Below are positions 20,460-27,642 of a stretch of 27,642 nucleotides of DNA, piece after piece. Position 1 is the stretch's first letter; every line of letters starts with the position of its first letter. Under the pieces are notes generated by a model. That model was not told the origin of the DNA. It saw nothing but the letters and a program-made list of their open reading frames with translations, and did no database searches. The DNA lies in assembly GCA_035640055.1 (NCBI GenBank), contig DASQWW010000001.1, positions 1 to 27,642 of the forward strand, read 5' to 3'. This stretch comes from Nitrososphaeraceae archaeon (GTDB lineage: Archaea; Thermoproteota; Nitrososphaeria; Nitrososphaerales; Nitrososphaeraceae). The translations under genes were made by a program, and so were the position numbers.

Positions 20460-21974
20460 TTATGATTCCCTTATTCTAAATATAGTTCCTTGACCTTCAG
20501 TGACAGAAAGAATATAGAGATAACCATCAGGTCCAACCTGTATGTCGGTAATTCCACCAAAACCTGTGCCAAAGACTGCAGATTTGCATTCATTTGTACT
20601 GTCTGCCACTTTATCAGTAAGTGGACCATTAAGAAGTAATTTCATTCTATCTTTATCTAAGACAAAATAGTAAAGGTTTCCATTATCATAATCACCTACA
20701 AATAAGCCATTCTCATACTGCTTACCCAATTTATCAGAATCAAGGAACTTTAGTGCAGTAGGCCCAACAGCTTTCTTCCATACAAATTCAGGAGAACTGT
20801 ATTTTCCTTTTCCTCCAAAATCTACTAATTCATTAGAATTTTCTACAATTTCTTTACTTGGACCTATCTCTGTGTTCCATATACCCTGTACTTTATTCCA
20901 TCCACTATTAAACCCAGGTTCAACAAGATTAATTTCATCACCAAAATGATTACCATTTTCTGTATCCCATAGCTTACCTGTTACAGGATCAAAATCCATA
21001 CCAAAGCTATTTCTTATACCATATGCATAGTATTTGTTTAGAGGATCTGTGTTTCCAAATATACTCTTTATCGCTTTACCCTCTTGGGTAATTCTAAGTA
21101 TACCGCTTCTTCCGTCAGGTTCCATTCCTTTTACAATATTTTGGGTTATGGTTCTATAGCCTTGGCTCTCATGATCCTCAACATCACCAATGATAAGGTA
21201 TACATTATTATCAGGTCCAATTACGATCTTACCACCGTTATGATCAGTTCCAGGTGTAGCAGGTAAGTCTAGGAGAAGTTTGGGATTTACTAATTTGTCA
21301 TTTATTAACTCATATCTATAAAGACGATTGCCTAACGGTTCCTTACCTTTATTAATATCCTCACTGTCTTTTGTTTTAACTTCGGTGTAGTATAAGAAAA
21401 CATAAGGCGGTTTTCCATTCTCGTGTTTTGCTACAGCAATTCCTAGCATGCCTCTTGTGTTTGCAGTTGCAACATTAACATCAAGTAACGGTTCTGGTAA
21501 CATTACACCATTTACTATTCTCTTTACAGTACCTTCATTCTTTTCTAAAACTAGTATATCATTTGGTCCTAAAAATGCCATAGAGGTAGGAAACTCAATG
21601 CCTTTAAAGACAGTCTCTACTGCAAGTCCAGCGCCATTATTGGTAATAGTTGGTCCTTTCCCGCCACTTTTTGACTGTATATAGGTGTTATTAATATGTA
21701 CATCTCCGGTTTCCTTGGCATGTACATCTCCGGTTTCCTTGGCATGTACGTCCCGATACTTATTCGCAAGATCAGTGATCTTGGCTACCAAATCCTCTCC
21801 AGTTCCATTCTCCAATATGTTTATATTTTCGGGATGCTGTTGTTTGGGGTCAAGTTCGGCCCTTGCCTGATTAGGATGATGATAATAATATCCTATAGAT
21901 ATCAGATTCAAAACTAGAATTGTAAGAAGAGTTGACCTAGAGAGTACTGACGTTAATAAAGTAAACATCCGCAA
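20460..21974 (-). CDS. Secreted PQQ-dependent sugar dehydrogenase, paralogue of 14875..16185
   Basis: 504 aa. N-terminal signal/anchor segment (LLTILVLNLISIGYYYHH), short DVHAKETG repeats, then the same core motifs as the other copy (FPTSMAFLGPNDILVLEKNEGTVKRIVNG; YAYGIRNSFGMDFDPVTGKLWDTENG; GFGGITDIQVGPDGYLYIL). Confidence 0.9.
   Translation of the reverse strand: MRMFTLLTSVLSRSTLLTILVLNLISIGYYYHHPNQARAELDPKQQHPENINILENGTGEDLVAKITDLANKYRDVHAKETGDVHAKETGDVHINNTYIQSKSGGKGPTITNNGAGLAVETVFKGIEFPTSMAFLGPNDILVLEKNEGTVKRIVNGVMLPEPLLDVNVATANTRGMLGIAVAKHENGKPPYVFLYYTEVKTKDSEDINKGKEPLGNRLYRYELINDKLVNPKLLLDLPATPGTDHNGGKIVIGPDNNVYLIIGDVEDHESQGYRTITQNIVKGMEPDGRSGILRITQEGKAIKSIFGNTDPLNKYYAYGIRNSFGMDFDPVTGKLWDTENGNHFGDEINLVEPGFNSGWNKVQGIWNTEIGPSKEIVENSNELVDFGGKGKYSSPEFVWKKAVGPTALKFLDSDKLGKQYENGLFVGDYDNGNLYYFVLDKDRMKLLLNGPLTDKVADSTNECKSAVFGTGFGGITDIQVGPDGYLYILSVTEGQGTIFRIRES
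21700..21770 (-). repeat. Short in-frame tandem repeat within the second sugar dehydrogenase (24-nt unit)
   Basis: Translated RDVHAKETGDVHAKETGDVHINN. DNA shows a repeated unit of the type tgtacatctccggtttccttggca. Confidence 0.85.
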
Positions 21975-22541
21975 TAGTTCTTGATGTTTTAGTTATATGC
22001 ATTCTGGATATCTGTGCAATGCATATTTTAGATGTGGATAGATGATAATAATAATAATATCATATCAATCAGTTAATAGAACTGGTTGAAACTTCTTGTG
22101 ATACTATAAATTCAGGTTCAAGAATTATAATATATTAAACAATCACATACTAAACAACTTGATCTATTCAAAACACTACAATATCTTTATCATAATATTA
22201 CCACACTGCCATTACTAGGATGTAGCGAGACAAAAATTGGATCTGACTAAAAAATATTGAAATGATCAGCAAATTTTTCTCAACGGTTATGTAATAGGCG
22301 CATTGCTGCCTACATTTCTCGCATTTCATTAAAATAAACATTATAAAGAAAATTGGGAGGAGATGTCAAACTCAAAGATAACTGAACCTGAAATATATAA
22401 ATGAATAAAGAGAAACTCAATCTATCTTAGACAATTTGGATAACTATCGAATATGAAGTGGTGTAGTTACGGAAAATGAAGTATGAAGAAGTAACAATAA
22501 TTGAGAATAGTTTGTACAGTTACAATCTGCGTATTATTTAT

Positions 22542-23138
22542 CTATCTCGAAACAGAGTGAATTACCTTTACATGTTTTGAAAGTAATTCTTTGTCTTTGT
22601 ATTCTGTCTGACAATGGGGACAGGCAAGCATCGATCTTTTATTCGCGATATGTGTTGATGCCATTGGATCCAGTATACACAGTGGCGAATCAATCTTAAA
22701 TGCATTAGCGGTTTCAATTAATGCCTTCTCCATTCTTATGATAGTATCTTCTCTATCTACCATGCCATAAATTTTAGAGTCAAAACTTACAACAACCTGT
22801 CTGATATCATGCTTTTCCATTACCGAAAAGGCGTCAGCAATAGACATATTTGGCGGTATCGAAATTATCGGTGAAGACATTATTTCTTCTAACACTACCT
22901 TTACAGGAGATTTATGTAAAGAGACAACTCTATAAAGAATATCGGTCTTTGATACCACGCCTATGATCTCTTTTTTTCTACTAGAAATAAGAACGGAACG
23001 AACAGATCGTTCCTTCATTGTGGTAATCGCATCCGCAGCAGTTTGGAAATGGTCCAATATTGGGACGTTCGGATACAAAATGGATGAAACTGGCATAGAG
23101 AGTAAAGATCTAGTGCTAGGGTCACTGGCGTTTATCAT
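22542..23138 (-). CDS. CBS-domain pair protein with C-terminal C2H2-type zinc finger, 198 aa
   Basis: CBS repeats: VSSILYPNVPILDHFQTAADAITTMKERSVRSVLISSRKKEIIGVVSKTDILYRV and MSSPIISIPPNMSIADAFSVMEKHDIRQVVVSFDSKIYGMVDREDTI. C-terminal CPHCQTEYKDKELLSKHVKVIH fits C-x2-C-x12-H-x4-H. Confidence 0.88.
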   Translation of the reverse strand: MINASDPSTRSLLSMPVSSILYPNVPILDHFQTAADAITTMKERSVRSVLISSRKKEIIGVVSKTDILYRVVSLHKSPVKVVLEEIMSSPIISIPPNMSIADAFSVMEKHDIRQVVVSFDSKIYGMVDREDTIIRMEKALIETANAFKIDSPLCILDPMASTHIANKRSMLACPHCQTEYKDKELLSKHVKVIHSVSR

Positions 23139-23386
23139 TACAGTATAATATCTGATTAATTATTTAAGTATATAATAAACAGAATAGGTTAAAAATATAA
23201 GATCTATTGAAAAATAGCTTTACTGGTCTAGATTGTTGATTGCGATGTTAGATTATTGTATTTTCTTCATAAATACCTAATTCGAAAAGTAGTTGAAAAA
23301 ACTGGACAATATTATAAGACTAATGGGATAGCCTTTTATATTAGATAAATATGTTTTTTCAATACCGTATACCTTATATGCGTGTA

Positions 23387-23483
23387 GTTTGTAAAAACAA
23401 ACGATCAAAAGATTTACGGCGGATTTGTAAGTAAAAATTTACTTTCCACACGTTCTCCGTGGCTTTTGTATAATATTTACAAA
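23387..23483. promoter_or_regulatory. Cluster of inverted repeats immediately upstream of the DEAD-box helicase; probably includes the TATA region
   Basis: GTTTGT-aaaa-ACAAAC (23387-23402); CAAAAG (23406-23411) with CTTTTG (23463-23468), flanking ACGG (23416-23419) with CCGT (23457-23460); central AAGTAAA-aa-TTTACTT; TTTGTA (23465-23470) with TACAAA (23478-23483), which brackets an AT-rich element 19 to 27 nt before the GTG start. Confidence 0.45.
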
Positions 23484-23495
23484 GTGAAAAGATAA

Positions 23496-24839
23496 GTGAC
23501 TACGACATTTCAACAGTTAGGACTGAGTGCTGAAATAATTAGAGCTCTCAACGAAAACGAGTTTGAGGTACCATTTCCTATTCAAGAGGCAGCTATTCCA
23601 TTTGTTCTAAAGGGTATAGATGTCATAGGTCAGGCACATACAGGAACTGGTAAGACAGCAGCATTTTCGTTACCCATACTAACAAAGGTAAAACGTAACG
23701 GCCCTATACAGGCGTTAATACTTGTGCCAACAAGAGAGCTGGCAGTGCAGGTAACAACTGAAATCAATAAGTTTGCAAAATACATAGGAATCCGAACTGT
23801 ATCTATCTATGGAGGTCAGAGTATTGGCATTCAGCATGATCAACTGAGAAGAGGAATGCAGATAGTGGTTGCAACTCCTGGTAGATTAATTGACCATTTA
23901 AAACACGGTTCAATCGATCTTGACCACGTAAAATTTGTTGTTCTTGACGAAGCGGATAGGATGCTTGATATGGGCTTTATTGACGATATAAAGTTTATAC
24001 TATTCTATGTAAATGAAGACAGACAGACGTGCTTATTTTCTGCAACCATGCCGCCAGAGATTTTGAGGCTGGCAAATGAATACATGAAAGGAATTCAGGA
24101 AATCAGACTCAATAAGGAAGAGCTGGGTCTTGAAACTATAGACCAGTCATATTTGGTTGTACATGAGAAGGAAAAGTTTAAGCATTTATGTAATTTTATC
24201 AAAAACAGAGACAAAAAGCAGACAATTATTTTTGCCGCCACCAAACAAAGAACACAGACACTTGCTGGTGAATTGAAACAGGAAGGATTCAGAGCAATCA
24301 CAATTCATGGCGATCTTTCACAGAAGCAAAGAGACAATGCAATGTACAGATTCAAAAAAGGAGCTGAAGATATACTTGTGGCTACTGACATAGCAGCAAG
24401 GGGAATAGATGTTCCAGCAGTAGGTCATATAATCAACTATGACATTCCTGAAGATCCACTCATTTACTTCCATAGAATTGGAAGAACCGCCAGGGCTGGA
24501 GCCACTGGCAAAGCCATTTCTTTGGTCTCAAGGGATAGGCTAAGAGCTTTTGAAAGGATTCTGAGACAGACAGGGCAGCCTATCAGTCAACTCAATGAGA
24601 AAATGGGAATTGAAGTGCCTGTGGTTGACCCTATAGTTGATCAGCGATTGTATACCCAATATAAACAAAGACGCAATTATAGTGATAATAACTACTCACG
24701 CTACAGGGATGGATACGTCAGAGATAGGCATGATTATAGATACAAAGGTAGTAGTTACAGACGATATAGTAGATGGGGAAGACGTTACAACTATAGTCAA
24801 AGGCAGGGCGGTAATATACGAAACCGCTACTACCGCTAA
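23496..24839 (+). CDS. DEAD-box ATP-dependent RNA helicase with Arg/Tyr/Asn-rich C-terminal tail
   Basis: 447 aa. Q-motif (FPIQEAAIPF), AHTGTGKTAAF, PTRELAVQ, TPGRLIDHL, VLDEADRMLDMG, FSATMP, DIAARGIDVPAVGHIINYDIP, YFHRIGRTARAG. GTG start at 23496. Confidence 0.97.
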   Translation: MTTTFQQLGLSAEIIRALNENEFEVPFPIQEAAIPFVLKGIDVIGQAHTGTGKTAAFSLPILTKVKRNGPIQALILVPTRELAVQVTTEINKFAKYIGIRTVSIYGGQSIGIQHDQLRRGMQIVVATPGRLIDHLKHGSIDLDHVKFVVLDEADRMLDMGFIDDIKFILFYVNEDRQTCLFSATMPPEILRLANEYMKGIQEIRLNKEELGLETIDQSYLVVHEKEKFKHLCNFIKNRDKKQTIIFAATKQRTQTLAGELKQEGFRAITIHGDLSQKQRDNAMYRFKKGAEDILVATDIAARGIDVPAVGHIINYDIPEDPLIYFHRIGRTARAGATGKAISLVSRDRLRAFERILRQTGQPISQLNEKMGIEVPVVDPIVDQRLYTQYKQRRNYSDNNYSRYRDGYVRDRHDYRYKGSSYRRYSRWGRRYNYSQRQGGNIRNRYYR

Positions 24840-26312
24840 TTAGTATATAGAGTAAATTTTTTCTAGAATGTTTTAGCTTATCAACTGTGCTTTTAGAGTC
24901 AAGTTTTTTTAGCTCGCTCAATTAAATCATAGCTGCATCTATACACGCATACAGGATATGGAGGATCGAACAGCAGTTTATGCCCATTGTTGGCCTTATA
25001 GCATTATTTTTTAGTATTATGGCTATTAGGTTAATGATGGCCATAGAAAACGCCCAGATAGTTATTGTTGGAGGGCTGGAACAGATATCTGCAGATAGGG
25101 CAATTGCCTTAGCTATTGGAGTACATAAGCTTGCTTTGATGAAAATAAGTATCATCCTCTTCTCTAAAGTCAGTATGATCATATTTTCATTCCAAGGATT
25201 GTATCCCGAAATGATCCTTCAACGTGCAGCAACAATTGCAATGGATACAACTATTACATCAAACAAATGGACTATAGTATCTAAGTATAATACTACTAAA
25301 AAGGAGAAAAGAAGAGAAAATGAGACAAGAGAAAGAATGACTATGATGGTTTCATGTATAGGAAAATTACTTGATCTTTCATGATTACAAATAAGGCAGA
25401 CTTAATATTCATCGATTAATTAGTGTTATTAATAATGAGTGTTTTTTGTAAAAACTCAGTCGATGCAGAATATAACCACCAAAAATTTCTCGTTTTGAAC
25501 ATCATGAAAATCTCTCTAGTATGAACTATTGCAGAGAGAAATATAAGACCGAACTTAGCTAAAGACATTGTTCTTACCAGCTCTTCATTATCGATAGGCT
25601 TTTGATGAATGAGTTGGTAGTAACATTTCATATAAAACAAAAGGCTCTATGTCAATATTGTTTTGTTTATATCTCTATTATCATAGAGTTTTATCTACTT
25701 CTGTTAAATTCTTACCATAGTACTAAAAAGTTAATTTCTCAGTTACTAACTTTTTATTTAGTTTTCTGATTAATATAATCGGATTGCTTAAAAAATATCA
25801 TGACGATAACAAACTGAAGTTAATTAACACAATTAGAAATAAATGAATGTATAGATTGGATATTACATATAGTGAGGTTTAAAAAAGATTTCAATTATGA
25901 ATACGCCTTCTTAGAAGATTGGGAGTTTCTTATCTTTCGTGTTAAAGATTATTATTTTATGGATGTTAATTCACTTAACAAAATAGAGAGGATTACTGGG
26001 ATGATTATTGTACAAATAAAATCGTGTGATGGAATTGCAGAATTATGGTTTGGCAGAAGAATGGAAGCAGCACAGAAAAACAAAAACCTTAAGAACAGAA
26101 TTACTTGAACAAGTATCTAATCATATTCAAACTGAGAATAGAACAGATTTATATATAGCGGTAAACCGTTAAAGAAATATATAGTTTGGCTTTTGTTTTT
26201 GCTCAATTGTCTATCTAAAAAGAAAAAATTGTTTTTGTCTTATTGTAAATGCTACATATTTTGCGTTAGTTACATAGAAACTCAAATGAGGTGGTAAATA
26301 ATTACTATCTAT

Positions 26313-27068
26313 ATGTATGGAAAGAAATTAATTTCATCAATATTGCTATTGCTATTTTTATTTATGATTATTAATTATAATACTACTGTAGTTCTAGCCT
26401 TAACAGAGATACCTAAAACAAATATTGACAACCAGATACAACCTTACTTTGTAAAAGAATTTGAAAACCATAAATTAATAAAGGTACTGGTAGATGATGC
26501 TATCCAGTCATTATATAATAGTGATACAAAAGGAGCACTTGTACATTTGAATTTGGTTAAAGAGCAACTAACTGCAGTACATAGCAAGAATTCAACAATC
26601 TATGAATTGGCAAATGTACTGGTAGATGATGCTATCCAATTCATGCAAAAACATGATACAAAAGGAGCACTTGTACATTTGAATTTGGTTAAAGAGCAGC
26701 TAGTTATGCCTGATGACAACATAACATACAGCAATCAGACCGGAGGATCACAAACGATAACCTTGGGCAATATGTTTACGTGTAATGTCTTAAGTAGCAA
26801 TACTACGTCCAAAATAATAGGAAATTTAATAACTAACTTTGAGAATGTAACATTGCGAGGACAATTTGAAGTGATTCCATATTCACAAGATGAGTATGAG
26901 TCTATAGCCCAGGTATACAAAAACAATGGTATTGAGGTGAATACACATATTAGTTATGGTAAATTTGCCATCAAAATACCACAAGAAAGAATCAATGAAG
27001 TACTTTGTTCACTTCAAAATGACGCAAAAATTAAATCTGTCAGACCTTTGAACTTCTCTGTTTTCTAG
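26313..27068 (+). CDS. Secreted hypothetical protein with two near-identical internal repeats, 251 aa
   Basis: N-terminal signal peptide (MYGKKLISSILLLLFLFMIINYNTTVVLAL). Repeats VLVDDAIQSLYNSDTKGALVHLNLVKEQL and VLVDDAIQFMQKHDTKGALVHLNLVKEQL. Confidence 0.8.
   Translation: MYGKKLISSILLLLFLFMIINYNTTVVLALTEIPKTNIDNQIQPYFVKEFENHKLIKVLVDDAIQSLYNSDTKGALVHLNLVKEQLTAVHSKNSTIYELANVLVDDAIQFMQKHDTKGALVHLNLVKEQLVMPDDNITYSNQTGGSQTITLGNMFTCNVLSSNTTSKIIGNLITNFENVTLRGQFEVIPYSQDEYESIAQVYKNNGIEVNTHISYGKFAIKIPQERINEVLCSLQNDAKIKSVRPLNFSVF
26484..26702 (+). repeat. Direct in-frame duplication: two 87-nt copies (26484..26570 and 26616..26702), 45-nt spacer, period 132 nt
   Basis: Both copies begin gtactggtagatgatgctatcca and both contain gatacaaaaggagcacttgtacatttgaatttggttaaagagca. 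Divergence is confined mostly to the middle. Confidence 0.9.
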
Positions 27069-27135
27069 TCAACTGACATCGGTCCATCCTAATAATGAAA
27101 ATTATAATAACGCTCAAGTAGATCGAAAGTAAAAT

Positions 27136-27180
27136 CTCTCAGATTTGGATGCGGCTACTTCGAACCCAGTAATCAGAGAG
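27136..27180. other. Intergenic inverted repeat (10-nt arms with one mismatch, 25-nt loop)
   Basis: CTCTCAGATT (27136-27145) versus AATCAGAGAG (27171-27180): nine of ten positions pair, with one A/A mismatch. Confidence 0.6.
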
Positions 27181-27297
27181 GAGAAAGGCAACTGGAAATC
27201 ATAAGGTTTTAGTAAATAGTATAGAATTTGGTGTAGCGCGATCGCAAAACAATCATAAGTTCAGATATATATATATTTTCGAAATAATAATAAACTA

Positions 27298-27642
27298 CTA
27301 GATCCGCCTTATTATTCTCATCAATCTACTAGAAATAATTGTCGAACCTAATGCTGCTATTGCCATTAAAGCTAATACATTTACTGGGAATTCGGGTGTT
27401 ACCTGTATTGGTATATTAACACTTTCTGTTGGGGAATTATTTATCTTATCAATATTTAGAATATATGAGCCCTGATCGCCAAATATGTATTTTTGTTGTG
27501 TAGCAGTCTGAGCTGTTCTGTATGTTTCAGCTAATTTCTTATCTCCTGTGAGCAATACTATGTCATATGTTACACCTTTAATTTCTTTTCCAGATTTAGA
27601 GTCTAAGAATTTGATGTCAAAGGTATTTTCTTTACTTATATC
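27298..27642 (-). CDS. Partial CDS: C-terminus of an envelope/secreted protein with a PEFP-TM-basic tail, truncated by the right window edge
   Basis: The track starts at an internal TTG (27555), but the same frame stays open to the window edge, reading DISKENTFDIKFLDSKSGKEIKGVTYDIVLLTGDKK. C-terminus is VTPEFPVNVLALMAIAALGSTIISSRLMRIIRRI. Confidence 0.75.
   Translation of the reverse strand, partial: DISKENTFDIKFLDSKSGKEIKGVTYDIVLLTGDKKLAETYRTAQTATQQKYIFGDQGSYILNIDKINNSPTESVNIPIQVTPEFPVNVLALMAIAALGSTIISSRLMRIIRRI

Noticed and set aside
24922-25384. Overlapping hydrophobic ORFs on both strands (24922..25182 - and 24980..25384 +)
   Set aside because: Both have Ile/Met/Ala-rich or low-complexity translations and no family signature. 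I could not decide which, if either, is real, so I did not list them as features.
25416-26108. Small ORFs 25416..25640 (-) and 25872..26108 (+)
   Set aside because: Short AT-rich frames without motifs. The latter starts with GTG, and evidence is insufficient.

Overview
This is a roughly 27.6 kb AT-rich archaeal chromosomal window. Gene content suggests Thaumarchaeota/Nitrososphaerota, Nitrososphaera- or Nitrosocosmicus-like (inference). Well-supported genes are an adenosylcobalamin-dependent class II ribonucleotide reductase, an M20 metallopeptidase, an ADP-forming acyl-CoA synthetase, glutamine synthetase, a GINS-like replication factor, a TatD-like hydrolase, two paralogous secreted PQQ-type sugar dehydrogenases, a glycosyltransferase, an Hsp20-like domain, a CBS-domain protein with a C2H2 finger, a DEAD-box RNA helicase, and one tRNA-Val(UAC). 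There are also several small zinc-ribbon proteins and two envelope-type proteins. I saw no CRISPR array, transposase or phage module. The most unusual observations are: (1) an Hsp20-like domain in exactly the same frame as the second sugar dehydrogenase, separated by one TAA, with Hsp20 homology appearing to start before any usable start codon; (2) a two-CBS plus classical C2H2 finger protein; (3) a near-identical 87-bp internal duplication in a secreted repeat protein; (4) a recent-looking sugar dehydrogenase duplication with a 57-nt identical block; (5) stacked inverted repeats upstream of the DEAD-box gene. No complete new defence or mobile system could be supported from sequence alone.
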